Positions 35,701-50,310 of a stretch of DNA of 64,000 bases are shown here, piece after piece. Both the position numbers and the translations under genes were made by a program. Below the pieces are notes generated by a model that worked only from the letters and a program-made list of their open reading frames with translations, did no database searches and was not told the origin of the DNA. Within the stretch, counting starts at the first letter, position 1, and the number at the start of each line of letters is the position of its first letter. Source of the stretch: Basidiobolus meristosporus CBS 931.73 (taxonomy: Eukaryota > Fungi > Basidiobolomycota). The stretch is taken from positions 12,275 through 76,274 of the forward strand of contig MCFE01000430.1 in assembly GCA_002104905.1 (NCBI GenBank). The letters are read 5' to 3'.

Positions 35701-38700
35701 TTAGTGTTGCAGCTGCATTACTTCTACAAAGGTATAAATACTGAGCTTCTTTATGAATAAACAACAGTTCAACTATTATCACTATTTTTTGATAAGTTCC
35801 TTATATCCAAATTACTTCTTAAATTGCAACAGGTTATGAGCCCCAATTGTCTTAATCTATTCTAAAGATGACTTCTACCAGCAAACAAAGCAATACCAAC
35901 ATCTTCCCTGTAAAGGAGAGGTTTGATGGGAAGAACTACAGACTTTGGATAATCAAGATGCAGATCCACCTTGAGGAAAGAAAGCTTTGGAACATAGTAA
36001 CAGGAAAGGAAGTTGAGCCCAAAGGAACAGCAGAAGATGTGGAGAAGTTTCAAGAGAAGGAGAGAAAGGCCTTTAATGCCATATGCATCAATGTGCAAGA
36101 CTCCTTCATTGGACAAATCCATGCCTCAAATACTACCAAAGCAGCATGGGAATCCTTAGAGAAGATCTTTAGAGCAAATTCAGTATCAAGCAAGCTTTAT
36201 TTGGAACAAAAGTTCTTCAACATGAGGAAGAAGCCAGATGATGACATTCTACAACTCATTACCAGAATGGAGACAGTTGCAGAAGAACTTTACAGTATTA
36301 ATGCTGGTGTAGATGATGAAGAAAAGATACTCTGTCTGCTTTGCAGCCTACCAGACAAGTATGAGCCACTCATACTTTCTTTTGAAAGCAGAGAAGACAA
36401 CTTGACTTTAGACTATGTCAAAGGAAGACTTCTCCATGAAGAACTTAGACGTAATGATCAAGCAGAGAAAATTGAAGATAATGCTTTATTCAGTTCAGAA
36501 GGGCATACAGAAAAGAAGGGAAAGCAACAAAACCAAAGAAAACCTGGCTGCTGTAACTACTGTAAGAAGCCAGGACACTGGCAAGAGAATGCAACAAGAA
36601 ACAAGCAGACAAAAAACAGAAACTAGAGCAGGCAAACCGTATAACTACTGATGAACAGTTATTTGTAACTGTACAAGAGAGTGCAAGTAACCAAAGTAAT
36701 GAATTGTATATTGACTCTGAAGAATCACAGCATTTTGTGGTATAAAGGATTAGTTCAGCAACTTAAAGACTATTCCCATAAGAAAGGTTTATCTGGGAGA
36801 TAACTCTGCATTGGAAGCTACCGCCAGTGGGTCTATACAACTAAATATGAGTGATAACTCAGGGGCAACAACAGCAAAACTGACTGACGTACTCTATGTA
36901 CCTGGAATAGCTAAGAACCTACTCTCAGTCAGTAAAGCAACTACTCAGGGACTGAAATTTGTTTTTATTACGATGAGCTGCTCAATATTGAGTGAAAATG
37001 GACAAAAATTAGCTTTGGGAATCAGAGATCACAATATATACAAGCTACAATGCAAGATCATTGTACCTGAGTATGTCAACATTGCTGAAATTGATGAAAC
37101 CAACTGGGAGACGTGGCATAGGAGGCTAGGACACAATGGGGAACAGAAAATGAGCCAATTGGTGAGAAATCAGCTTGTTTTGGGCCTAAAATACTCAATT
37201 CCGATCAAATTGAATGTTAGTAAGGGATGTTCATATGGCAAACAAGCCAGGCAACGTTTCAAGAGCTCAGAAGGCATCAATACCACCAAAATATTGGCTA
37301 TTGTACACTCAGACATATGTGGCCCCATGGGAGCACTGTCCTTTGGAGCCAAGAGATACTTTATGACGTTTATTGATGACAAGACAAGATATACATGGGT
37401 GTACTTCCTCAAAACAAAGGATGAAGCTTTAGAGACGTCTAAGCACTTCAAGAACATGGCAGAAACACAAACTGGGTGTAAATTGAAGGTACTACAAAGT
37501 GACAATGGAGGAGAATACCGCTCAAAGGAGTTTGCAAAATACTGCTTGTCTACTGGTATACCTCAACAGACCACAGTTCCTCATACTCCACAGCAAAATG
37601 GAGTAGCAGAACGTGCAAATAGAACAATAGTAGAGATGGGAAGATCTATGCTACATGATAAGGGAATGGACTACAAGTTTTGGGCTGAATCTGTTGCTAC
37701 CGCTGTACACATCAAGAACAGATGCCCAACAACAGCACTACGTGATTCTACACCCTTTGAAGCATATACAGGCTAAAAACCAGATCTCCAGCACATCAGG
37801 ATCTTTGGCAGTGATGTTTTTTATCACATCCCTGACAAAAAACGCCCAAAGTTGGAACCAAAGAGTAGGAAAGGGATCTTTCTTGGGTATTGTGAAGATA
37901 CTAAAGGGTATAGAGTGTATGATGCCAAGATTCAGAAGCTGATCAAGAGCAGGGACATTGTATTTGAGGAGAATTTAGACCAGAAAGCCACGGAAATCAT
38001 TGGCCAGCTGCCTGATGATGCAATCAACACAAGTGAAGAAGATACGTACCAAATCCAACCAGAGATGGAAGATACTTCTACCAGTTCCAGATCAGAACAG
38101 ATTATCCCAGTTAGGAGATCTACCAGAATAAGAAATGCCCCTGCATCCTGGTGGCAGACATCCAATGATCATGAAGAAGCTTATCTTGCCTTATGTGCCA
38201 AACCTCAGAATCTGGAACAGGCAATGCAAGGTCCAGATGCTACTTAGTGGCAGCAAGCCATGCAGGAGGAGTACCAATCACTGATAAAGGCAAAAACGTG
38301 GGAACTGGTAGATTTACCAAATGGGAGAAAGCTAATAGTATGTAGATGGGTCTACAAGATCAAGATAACCACAAATGGTGCCGTTGATAAGTACAAGGCT
38401 AGATTGGTAGCTAAAGGCTATTCCCAGGTCCAGGAACTAGACTTTAAGGAAACATTTACTCCGGTTGCCAAGTTTAACTCTATATAGGACAATTCTAGCC
38501 CTGGCAGCTGTACACAGTCTAGATCTACACCAAATGGACGTCAAAACAGCCTTTCTAAATGGGGATTTGCAAGAAACTATATATATGGAGAAACCAGGAG
38601 GCTTTACCAATCCAGAAGACCCCCATAAGGTGTGCAAACTTAGAAAATTGTTTTATGGACTTAAGCAGGCACCCAGAGCATGGTATAACAATATTGACAC

Positions 38701-41700
38701 ATATCTAGAGGAAATTGGGTTCTCTTGTAGCACTGCAGATCACAGTATATATGTGAAACAGCTGAAAAAGGGTGTGATCATCCTAGTTCTTTACGTGGAC
38801 AACCTAATTATAGCTACAAGTGATCAAGAGGCACCTAAACAGACGAAATCAGATCTCTTCAGCAAGTTTGAGATGAAAGATCTTGGTAAATTGAGCTATT
38901 TTCTGGGAATTGAGGTCAAATTTGACATACCTACGCAGAAAATTGTGCTGAATCAGTCTAAGTACATCAGAGACATTCTTAGACGCTTCAAAATGGAAAA
39001 TTGCTAACCTGCAGCAACCCCCATGGACAATAACCTGAAATTAAGCAAATCTCAGCCAGTTATAGATGAAAACGGCTCAAATATGGACCAAGACTTTCCC
39101 TATCCATCAATGGTTGGTAGCCTAATGTACCTGATGGTGTCTACATGTCCAGATATTGCAGTAGCAGTTGGAATAGTCAGTCAATTCATGCAAAATTATG
39201 GATCAGATCAAATTGCAGCAGTTAAGCAGATTTTCAGATATATATAAGGTACCATAAATATGGTACTGGAATACTCTGGAGCAGCTAATAGGCAAAAATT
39301 TGATGGTTATAGTGGTTCAGATTGGGGTAGGGATCTGATTGACAGACGCTCTACCACAGGCTATGTATTTCTTTATGCTGGTGCAGCTATTACTTGGAAT
39401 TGCAAGAAACAACCAACTGTGGCACTATCTACAACTGAAGCCAAATATATGGCTGCATGCCAAGCAACTAAGGAGGCTATATGGCTACAAAAATTATTCC
39501 AAGACTTAGGTTTTAATTCAGGTGAACCAACATGTATTTACAAGGATAATCAAAGTTGTATTTCATTAGCTAGAAATCCTACTAATCATGCCAGAACTAA
39601 GCACTTTGATATGCAGCATCACTTTGTGAGGGAAGCTGTAGAAAATAACTTAGTGGAGCTGGTTTACTCCCCAACTGACAAAATGGTGGCAGACATATTG
39701 ACAAAACCACTAGCTAGGCCACATTTTGAGATCCTTAGAGAGAAAGTGGGATTAAGAAATTATTTAGTTGAGGGGGAGTGTTGAAATATTGGACTATTTG
39801 ATATCATTCAGCAGCTAAAAATTTACTAAGCAATTCTAGACTAGTCTTAGTCACTGTAGGACTCATTTACTGCCTTAACTTTGCCACTTTCTCCAGATAT
39901 ATGATCTTATGATTATTCCCCTATGGTCCGGTTCAAATTAGCACTATTACCAAACATTATGTACTAACCCTGTAACTGTTACACAATGCTCCTGAATATT
40001 GAGAAACCCACCTTACTTGGTGTTGCAGCTGTATTACTTCCACAAAGGTATAAATACTGAGCTTCTCTATGAATAAACAACAGTTCAACTATTATCACTT
40101 TTTCTTGATAAGTTCCTTATATCCAAATTACTTCTTAAATTGCAACAAAAACGTGGGATCTGGTAGATTTACGAACTGGGAGAAAGCCAATAGGATGTAA
40201 ATGGGTCCATAAGATCAAGATAACCTCAAATGGTGACATTGATAAGTACAAGGCTAGATTGGTGGCTAAAGGATATTCCCAGATCTAGGGACTAGACTTT
40301 AAAGAAACATTTGCTCTGGTTGCCAAGTTTAACTCCATTAGGACAGTTCTTGCCCTGGCAGTTGTACACAGTCTAGTTCTACACCAAACGGACGTCAAAA
40401 CAGCCTTTCTAAATGGGGATTTGCTAGAAACTATATATATGGAGAAACCAGAAGGCTTTACCAATCCAAAAGTACCCAATAAGGTGTGCAAACTTTGAAA
40501 ATCAATGTATGTGCTTAAGCTGGCACCTAGAGCATGGTATATCAGATTGACACATATCTAGAGGAAATTGGGCTCTCTTGTAGCACTGCAGATCACGGTA
40601 TATATGTGAAACGGCTCAAAAAGGGTGTGATCATCCTAGTTCTTTATGTGGACAACCTAATTATAGCTTTAAGTGACCAAGAGGCACTTATGCAGACAAA
40701 ATCAGATGTCCTCAGCAAGTTTGAGATGAAAGATCTTTGAAAATTGAGCTATTTTCTTGGAATTGAGGTCATATTTGACATACCTACGCAGAAAATTGTG
40801 CTGAATCAGTCTAAGTACATCAGGGACATTCTTGGATGCTTCAAAATGGAAAATTGCAAAGCTGCAGCAACCCTTATGGACAATAACCTGAAATTAAGCA
40901 AATCTTAGCCAGTTATCGATGAAAATGGCTCAAATATGGACCAAAACTTTCCCCATCAATCAATGGTTGGTAGCCTATGTACTTGATGGTGGCTACATGC
41001 CCAGATATTGCAGTAGCAGCTGGAATAGTCAGTCAATTCATTCAGAATTATGGATCAGATCAAATTGCAGCAGTTAGGCAGATTTTCAGATATCTACAAG
41101 GTACCATAAATATGGTACTGGAATCCTCTGGAGCAGCTAATAGGCAAAAATTCAAAGGTTATAGTGATTCAGATTGGGGTAGAGACCTAATTGACAGACG
41201 CTCTACCACTGGCTATGTATTTCTTTATGCTGGTACAGCTATTACTTGGATTTGCAAGAAACAACCAACTGTAGCCCAATCTACAACTGAAGCTGAATAT
41301 ATGGCTGCATGTCAAGCAACTAAGAAGGCTATATGGCTACAAGAATGGTTTTAACTCAGATGAACCAACATGTATTTACAACAATAATCAAAGTTGTATC
41401 TCATTAGCTAGAAATCCTACAAATCATGCCAGAACTAAGCACATTGATATACAGCATCACTTTGTGAGGGAAGCTGTAGAAAAAAACTAAGTAGAGTTAG
41501 TGTAATGCCCAACTAAGAAAATGGTGCAGATATATTGACAAAACCACTAGCTAGGACACAATTTGAGAATCTCAGAGAGGAATTAGGATTAAGAAATTAT
41601 TTAGTTGAGGGGGGAGTGTTGAAATATTGGACTATTTGGTATCATTCTGCAGCTTAAAATTTACTTAACAATTCTGGACTAGTCTTGGTCACTGTAGGAC

Positions 41701-41985
41701 TAATTTACAGCTTTAACTTGGCCACTTTCTTCAGATCTATGATATTATGGTTATTCCCCTATAGTCAGGATCAAATTAGCACCAATACTAACTATTATGT
41801 ACTAACCCTGAAATTGTTACAGATTGCTCCTGAATATTGAGAAACCCACCTTACTTAGTGTTATAGCTGTATTACCTCTACAATGGTATAAATACTGAGC
41901 TCCTTTATTAATTAACAACAGTTCAACTATTATCACTATTTCTTGATAAGTTCCTTATATCCAAATCACTTTTTAAATTGCAACA
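32722..41985 (+). mobile_element. Outer Copia family 1 element (degenerate), split by the inner copy
   Basis: LTRs 32722-33090 and 41617-41985 (369 bp each); TSD GTTCA (32717-32721, 41986-41990); fragmented gag-pol ORFs 33127-33882, 33849-34217, 34623-34850, 40534-40740, 40977-41354. Confidence 0.95.
35463..40147 (+). mobile_element. Inner Copia family 1 element, full length with stops and frameshifts
   Basis: LTRs 35463-35831 and 39779-40147; TSD AAAAC (35458-35462, 40148-40152) restores host ...KAKTW; ORFs 35868-36626, 36811-37776, 37852-38247, 38465-39007, 39260-39784. Confidence 0.95.
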
Positions 41986-42010
41986 GTTCATACAAGCTCC
42001 CTAGGGCCCA

Positions 42011-44110
42011 ACAGCTTGGAATTTTTGAGCCACCTTACAATCTTATGATGGGATGATAATGGTATTTTGCTGAATATACAGCGCAGTAGGCAAATATACT
42101 TAATACTCTTAAAATGGTCCTTGAAGGGAATTTGATTGCACTCTTATGGTTTTAAAGCAGCCTTCACTTGCTAGAGCAGACCCATCTGGCCAGCTCATTA
42201 AGTTGCCACATGTGTAAACAACCGCAATAGTATTTTGAATGCCTTGTTGTGGACATTTATTGTTGTTATATATATGGAGTCTGCAGGTAGTATTGTATAG
42301 TACTACCATGCCAATTTACCAAACAGTGCTTCCTTTGCTACCTCCCTTTGCGCCATTTATTTATACCACCCCCCACACTAAGCAGGAAGGAGTACAGAGT
42401 GGATGCAGTAGCAGCAAAGACTATGCATTCAGCTTTAAGCTTGTGGTCCAATAGCTTAAATATTGTTAAAAACTTCTGGCATGATAGCTGTAGATGCAGC
42501 AAGTTGGCATTGGTGATCTGAGTGTGAACACCATTCCTACAATATCAACATATGACTCCCAATGCTTCCAATGTACCTCTGGTAGCAATGGCTTCAGAAG
42601 ACCACTTGCCTAACTATATATTCAGTTCAACCAAGTGGCCTATAGCTCACAGCTTGCCAGCTTTGCAGCAACTGCAAGCTGACTCAGGTACATTTTCTCT
42701 GTGGGAGGATGATGTTCTTAGTTTTGGTTTTTTGAAAACAAAAATATGTGTGAGCCATGGAGTAAATCTACTGGATCTCACACATTTGACAGAAATACCT
42801 CCATGGAGCCCAGAAAAGCTGGCTATCTTGTTGGAGCTTGAGTATCTTCTTTACAGATACTGACATGCGCTTTGCCAGGTTGGTATCCTGCAGGAGAGCT
42901 TACAATATTCATGCAGCAAGGGATACAGGTAGCTTTAATGTTGAAAAGAGATTTAGGCCCATATATCAGTGAGAATACTGTCAGATTCCTGCTCTTGTAC
43001 CCTAAAATTAGTACTGGATACAGATTGATGGAAATTGCGGGCCAGCAGGATTTACTGGCATAGTACTGTTTCAGTAATAATCCATCAAGAGCCAAGGCAA
43101 AGGCATAGTATTACATACCTCCAAAGCAGACCTTACTGCTTAGCTGCTTCTAATGTTTGCCATTGAATATATCAGAAACTTTTGCATATGATTGAAGCTG
43201 TATGCAGTACTCTATTGCTTCACAATTTTTGTTGAACTGCATATGCATCTTTAAATGGTGTATTAGTGGAATATAAGTAGGTGTGAGAAATATTTTACCC
43301 CTATGATGGTAAATTTCCAACAAGTCTGACACCTTACAATAGTGGTGCTTTCTAATCTGAATGCCATGCCACTGTTGACACATGCTGGTATCAAGATGGT
43401 CCTTGGCTCATATGTTGTCAGCTGCCTGATGGTATTCCACCTGTACCAAGTACATGGTAAGTTGCATCCCAGAATGCCTTTGTCAAGAGTAGCAGTAAAT
43501 CCTCAAAGCTCCCATTACTGATGTGATGGAGGTATGCCACCGCTCTAGCTGCAGCATTGCATCATTCACTTGCAACTGGACTACTGGGCTCACTTGACTC
43601 TGTAATGTATCCTTGGCATTTTTCCGCAGGTGCTGTCTCATTGCACATTGGGATTTTGTTGGGCTTGCACAGGGTACTGTTATGTAGGGAGTTAGGCTCA
43701 CAATCCATGAGTGAGCTTTCTTCTTTGATGCTATACTCTGCAGGCCATATTCAGAAGGTAAGGTAAGCCTTAATGTGTGAAAATCACACCTGAGCCAGTT
43801 TGCATAAGGTGAAGAGTACAGCTAGGTGCTATGATAGAAGTGCCAAGTGGCTAGCAGGATATTGTGGATAGAGTAGTATCTGAGAAATGGTCATATATTA
43901 CTTGAGTGGCAAACCACTGGCTGTGATCCTGGTAATACTTCTATGCTGACTACATGGTTGTTTTTCCCTTCTCTTATGGCATGGAATCAAAGAAGTCTTG
44001 TCCATAGGGCTAACAGCTTGACACTCAACAGCATAATGCTATTTTGTCACTTTTTATCATTACTACTGTGATTTTGAAACATTCCTATATCTGAGATGAT
44101 AAACCTGTTC
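42011..44110 (-). pseudogene. CMC transposase relic (minus strand, deleted)
   Basis: MDKTSL start near 44010; VSDIFNGKH; ALDG...SCWPAISINL..NL...LIYGPK (ORF 42823-43095, Transposase_21-like core); ITNANLLHL; 3' flank homologous to 15270-15660. Confidence 0.85.
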
Positions 44111-44114
44111 CATT

Positions 44115-44295
44115 GATGATTGCAACATTGAGCCATGGATGCCAAATAACCCCATAGTGTGCCTTAGAGGTAAAGCTGACCTATACTTGCCACAGTGGGT
44201 GAAGGATAGTTTTACATCTGTGTGCAACAAAAGCATCATATTTTGCCTACCGCCCTGGAGAAAATCATTTTTTTTGACTGTTTTTTAAGATTTAT
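44115..44295. repeat. Degenerate foldback arm fragment
   Basis: acattgagccatggatgccaaataaccccatagtgtgcc...aaaatcattttttttgac resembles 50615-50780. Confidence 0.6.
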
Positions 44296-44298
44296 AAT

Positions 44299-47200
44299 CC
44301 CTTTGAGAAACTGTTATGATGACCCCATCAGAAAGCTATCAAAAATTAAAGTACATTGGCTAAGAAGAATTGATCTATATAACCCCCCATACCCAATGCT
44401 AACATTAAGCCCAACCCCACACTCAACCAGTACATCTATTAATATCCACCATTCAATAATTATTTTGCTGTAATGCCCTTTTTGAATAGCTTTGGCAGGA
44501 ACCCTGCAGCTTTATGACACTGTTCATTCATTGGTTCCCATACATCCAGGTCTTCAGCTGGCACTGCAGTTTTGAGTACCTCATCTGGCAGTTGTTGCAA
44601 CAGATCCTTACAATATTCAACTGTGTTTTCTTGACCAATACACTTGAAGTAGTGCTGCAACCTCTAGGTGCTACTATTAACATTCCAAAATTCCACTATA
44701 TGCCTTTTGATGATCTTTTCAGTTTATGATATTGTTTATATGTCTGTTGGTACAATCTCCACTCTGTCTACAATGGAGGGCATGGAGGCAGTGGTAGATG
44801 AGTTGCTTTTCTTGGTAAACTGGCACACCTCACTAGAGTATAGCTCAACTGGCTGCACTTCCAGCTTGTGAGAAAACCGCTGTTTTGTAGTTGGTAACTT
44901 TTTTAGGCTATGATGAGATTTAGCCTGTTTTAGACAGACAGCATTAATAAGTGAGAACTGCAACTCTGTTTTGCTGCCTCACTCTCCTCTGTCCTTCACT
45001 GCTACTGTGACCAAGTGCTTCCTATTGTATTGTACTTTGTTTGTCCTTTGTCAATGCTCCAATGCAGCATCTGTTTTTGCTTGCTTGTCCCATGCAGGCA
45101 CTCTGTTGGCAGCTTGGCATATCTTGGCCAATTGTATGGGGATTCCAGCCCTGCTTTTGACAGGCTTCTGAGAAAGCTGCAGGCCGTTATCATTGTCAAG
45201 TCTTGCACTGCTACTGTGACTGAGCTGTGGCTACTTTGTGCTATTCTTGATATGCTTTCTTAGCATTCCATTGCTGGCCTAAGATCTGTTTGCTTGCTTG
45301 AATCCCAAATGATACTTATGAAACAGGTCCAGTACATTCTGCTTGGGCCAGAGCTCCTGGAGGTGTCAAGGTATGCCAGCCTTAAGATGATGCTGTGCTA
45401 GACTTCCAACTTCCTCTTGAATATTAACCCACAATACATCAGTGTACTCATCAGCTACTTGGATCTTGAATGTCATTTAACTGTAGGCTTGTGTATAAGC
45501 CCTACAATCTCTCCCTCTCATGCAGTGTTAAGCTTTTCTGTGAACTTTATCATTGGGCACTACTGTTACACTTCAAAGACTGTACAGAGCTCCTCTGCTG
45601 CTACATTGGGGAATGGCCCAATTCTTGGCTGTAACATTGAGCTACTTGAGTTCCTTCTTTGTAGCATAGAAAATGCATTCTCTACTTGGGATATTGATTG
45701 CACCACACGTATTATCTGCTTATCTTGTTTCTAGACTATTCTCTGATATCTCTGGGCCATTGCATCTATCCTATTGACCACTGCACCTAATTGGCTCATC
45801 TGTGCTTTGATAAGAGCTGACACCACACTGGCTATTACAGAAAATGGAGATACTATGGCAGTCACTAGCTGGTTCCTCTGCTGCTGTCAACAGTGGGTCT
45901 TAACTGGGAACCAGATGACTTTGCTTTATTTTTTGGGGGAATATGTAAGGAAGTGACTCAAACCAAAGTGGAAACAGACAACTTTGCTTTATTTTTTGGC
46001 GGCATATATATGGAAGTGAGTCAAACCAAAGGGGAAATAGTGTTACATATACGTGTGTATGTGGTACCACAACTTTTTTTATAATGTTTACCATGGCAGG
46101 TCATTGTCAATTCTTACATTCATGTAGGTGCAATGTCTCAAATACAAGGTTGTCTTAAATTCATATGAGAACTGACAAGCAAGAGATATAGTAACATTAT
46201 ACTGTTGAGTATCCAACTGTTTGCCTCATGGAGAAGACTACTTTGATTCAATGCCATAAGAGAAGAAGAAAAGGTCCAAGTGGCTATTGTAACATGCCTC
46301 TTAGCCATGGATCATACAGACAGCATAGGAAATATCACAAGAATTATGGACAATGTTTTGCGCATCATTGATATTTGACTATTCATCAGTCACTGCTGTA
46401 CCAACAGTAGCTTGCTAGCCACTAGATATTTCTGTATAGGCACCTAGCCATACTTGTTACCTTGTGCAAACTGAGTGAGGTGATCTTGTGATGCCTTTGA
46501 GCTCACCTCAGCCATCTAAATATTGCATACACAGTGATTACTTTGAAGAAGATGGTGTACTGATGGAATGCCAGCCTATCTCCCTTGACAACAGTAACTT
46601 GCAGGAGCCTGCTAAAAAGCTAATATGCAAAAAGACAACACCTGTAGAGAAAATTGTCAAGGGCACTCTGATTCATGATCACATGGCATCTATGACCTTG
46701 CATGATTTGACCAAATCAAGTTGGTGAAGCAATTCCAGCTCCTTCTAGAAAGTTCTACTACATTCTAGCAGCTTCTAGAAAGCTCCAAGTCAATGTAAAA
46801 AATGGATCATTTTATGGAAGCTTTCCTTGGAAGCATATGTAGCTCTGTGCCATGTATGGTAGTTGCAAGTCACATGGCCTAGTCACATTATCAGATGACT
46901 CTTGGCATATCCCCATGGGATGTTCTAGTCTGTTCTTTAGTATATCTTTATCTTGGCATATTTACTGTGCCTCACCCCACAACCCCAGCAGTATTGGCCA
47001 ATATCTCTTGGTATCCACATTATCCAAAAATTTATATAGTTCTATCCCCTCTTATGTATTTCTAGTCTGATAAAACACAGGTCTTAAATAAACAGCCTTG
47101 CCTTGAAAATCCTCCTTGCTTATATATACTTTTCAGCCCAATACTACCAAATGACTGTTATACCTGAGCTCATATTATTATCTGTGTTGGAAAAACCCCA

Positions 47201-48100
47201 GTCATTAGCAAGATAGCCAGCTTTTCTGGGCACAATGGACAGTATTGTCCTTGAATGTGTTAGGTCCAAGGCATTTACTCCATAACCCTCACACATTGCT
47301 ATTATCCAAACACCACACCCAGAACCTCATCTTCCCACAGAGAGAGTGTGCAGAAGTCAGCATGCAATTGCAGCAAAGTTGGCAAACTATTGGCCATTGG
47401 CCAGAATATAGAATTAATTGGAAACCAGAGATACTTAAGATAGAGGATATCTATTGGAGCATAAGACAACTTTGCCAAAGTATGCCGGGTTTCTCTTGGT
47501 CACAAGCCAGTTTCTACATCATTCAATACAGAACTCACACAAGTAAGAGCCAGAGCACCTATAATGGAACTTGTATCCAGCGGGGAGAATGAATATGTTG
47601 ACTATATACTAAGAAGCTCTTGGCAGATATTCAGAGGTATTCATAGCAAAGTGGTAACAATCAAGCATTATGTTGCAAGATGTATGAGTTAGCAGTGGTA
47701 CAAGGTATATGGCAACTTTGCAAGCATCACACCAAAGAGCTGCAAGATTGAGGTGTTAGAAGGACTCAAATTGCAGTGGGTGTGCATGTATGCAGAGGTC
47801 AGTATGCAGGAGGCCATAATTTTTTTGATTCAAGCTATATGTGGAATACCCATGGTAGCTATGGGTAAGCAAATAAAATGAGGTAGCTCTGCAGTGAAAT
47901 AAATGAGTGACATAAACAGAGGTAGAGCAAGAAATTACCATTTAGCAGATTGGTATTGTAGCATTATACAGAACCAGCTGTAGGCTGCTATACTGACAAT
48001 ACAATGCAAGAGGAGGTTAGCAATGAGGTCTTCAGAGTACTGTCAAGTTTTTTGCCATATAAGGTAGTTAGATATATTAGCTGGCTTGGTCTGCCCAACA
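44299..48100. mobile_element. Second near-complete CMC copy: left end, accessory ORF (-), intergenic region, transposase pieces (+); LTR-like insert about 46735-47100
   Basis: Starts CCCTTTGAGAAAC. Accessory ORF homology 44390-45960; transposase start at about 46235; ORF 47245-47592 (PEYRINWKPEILKIEDIYWS). Confidence 0.75.
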
Positions 48101-49259
48101 TAATGCCAGCAGCTTGGAATTGTTGGCCTGCTACACAATAAAATGACAAGATTTTGATGGTATCTTGACAATCTCATTGCCAAATAAAGATTAAGACTTG
48201 ACAGTGTTTAAGCGGTCTTTGGACTAGAATTCCATTTCATTATAACAGTCTGCATGCACTTGACATTTCTTTGAGCAGATCCAATGTAATTTAGCCTCTA
48301 TTTTACTTCTTGTTGTTAGATTCTAGTCCCCCTTAAAGGTGCACTCTGGCTCTTGTTTATCTAGATTCTGTAATGAGTGGAGTTGGTGCTGGCTTGTGAT
48401 CAAAAGAAACCCAGAATATTCTGGTAAAGTTCTCCTATTAAAAGCTGGCTGCTTGTTGTGCCCAACCCAACTTTTCATTACTCAACTGATTACCCCTGTG
48501 TTGGGGCTGCTTAGCCTCTCAATGCCAGAGCCAGAGGTATTGCATGTGCACATCTGTCCTCAGTATCTGCCAACTCTTTCAGGCTGTCCTCCATGCACCA
48601 AGTCATCACATATATGACAGACCTGAAGGTAATATTCTTAATGAGATAGGGATATGATACTACATGCTACTTGACTTGACTTCTATCTCCCCACACATCC
48701 CCTCCATAGAAAACTCCCAACAGGTAAGGCAAGGCCCTATATTTTTGATGCACCTAGCAAGATGGAGCAGATTATGAATACAGTAGCGGTATTGATCCAT
48801 GAACTCAGCTTTATACTTGCAGTATAGCCTCTCAAACCCCACCGCAAGCTCTTTGCATAAAAGCTGTAGATGTGTCAAGTTGGCATTGGTGATTGGCTTC
48901 TGGATACATATTCCTGCAGTGTCAACATATGACCCCCAATACTTCTAATATACACTCAGTAGAAACAGCTTCAGAATATCACTTGAATCAATACATATCC
49001 AGTTCACCCATCCTTGCATCTGTACTGGTGCATATGCATACAAAATTGATTAGAGCCCATCAGAAGTATAATGGGTAGTAAATACTCTGTAATATGTTTC
49101 CAATTCTGTAAAATTTGTCTGGTATCTTGAGGGTGCATTGAGCTTGAACTGCCCCATATATAACTTGATCATCGGTATAAATTTATTATTAAAGAGCAAA
49201 AACATTGATCCCAGTGAATAGCTGTTGCTCCAACAGATACCCTATAACTTTGGTATCTC
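48100..49259 (-). pseudogene. CMC transposase C-terminal half, inverted copy
   Basis: ORF 48660-48878: LQLLCKELAVGFERLY..CIHNLLHLARCIKNIGPCLTCWEFSMEGMCGEI. Confidence 0.85.
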
Positions 49260-50310
49260 CCCATAAGAGCAATAATTGTGGTTATCCCATCAATAGACCA
49301 TCACAAACTTAAAGTCCTGTAACTAAGAGGTACTGATCCTGTCAGGGCCCCAAGCAAAGATCATCAAAAAACAATTGCACCCCATATCTCACAAAGAACT
49401 TAGTCAATATTTTTGACTACAACAACCTATATGTGACTTTTGGCTGTTCCTCTTCAAATTCACTCACTTTCTGTTCCTGGTCACTCAGTCACCTTCTATG
49501 TTTGTGCACATTGATTGGCTACTGCCTCTCTTTCACACTCCTTACACCCCGACTTAACCTATTCTCTAAACTTTGATGCATATATTAATATATTTCCATT
49601 GAAACCTCAGTTATACCTCAGTTGCAAATTGTGCTGGTATACAAGTCCCTATACCAAATACAAAAAATATGCCCTGCCCCACACTCAACAAGTACTTTCA
49701 TCAAAATTCACCATTCAATAAATATATCTGCTTAAATGTGTTTTTCCATGACTGTGGCAGGAACCCTGTAGCTTAATGCCTCAGTTCTTTGACTGGTTCC
49801 CATAAGTCCTGGTCTTCAGCCAGCACTGAAAGGTTTAGCACCTTATCTGCCGGTCTTTGCAATATGTTCTTGCTATATTTGAGTGTGTTTTCCTGAGCAC
49901 TGCTCTTGAAGTAGTATGCAACCTCTTGGTGTGCCTATTGATGCTTCAAAATTCCACTTTAGGCATTGCAATAGTCCTTTGAGTTATTGAAGTTGTTGCT
50001 CTGTCTGTTTGTAGGATCTCTGCTCTGTCTACTATGGATGACATTGAGGCAGTGGTAGACATATTGCTTTGAACTGCATACTCATCTACCTCACTGGACT
50101 GTGGCTCAACAAGCTGCACCTCCTACTCTTGATAAAGCAGCTATTTTCTAGTTGGTAATTCCTCTTGGCTATTATGGGATTCAGCCTGCTCTGGGTTGGT
50201 GGCATTATTTGATGAGAACTGCAACCTTTTTCTGATGCTTTCTTGTCTCAGGCTTGAGTAGATCTTTTTCTCATATCCTTTACCTAAATAAACACCCAGT
50301 CTTTCACTGC
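49260..50310 (-). mobile_element. CMC left end and accessory ORF C-terminal relic, inserted in another copy's transposase
   Basis: cccataagagcaataattg resembles CCCTATGAGAAATAATT; the downstream sequence matches 30748-31470. Confidence 0.7.

Noticed and set aside
24587-41990. Copia family 1 TSDs GTTGA, GTTCA and AAAAC (reverse complement GTTTT) all start with GTT on one strand
   Set aside because: Only three sites with a free choice of strand, which is too weak to claim a target preference.
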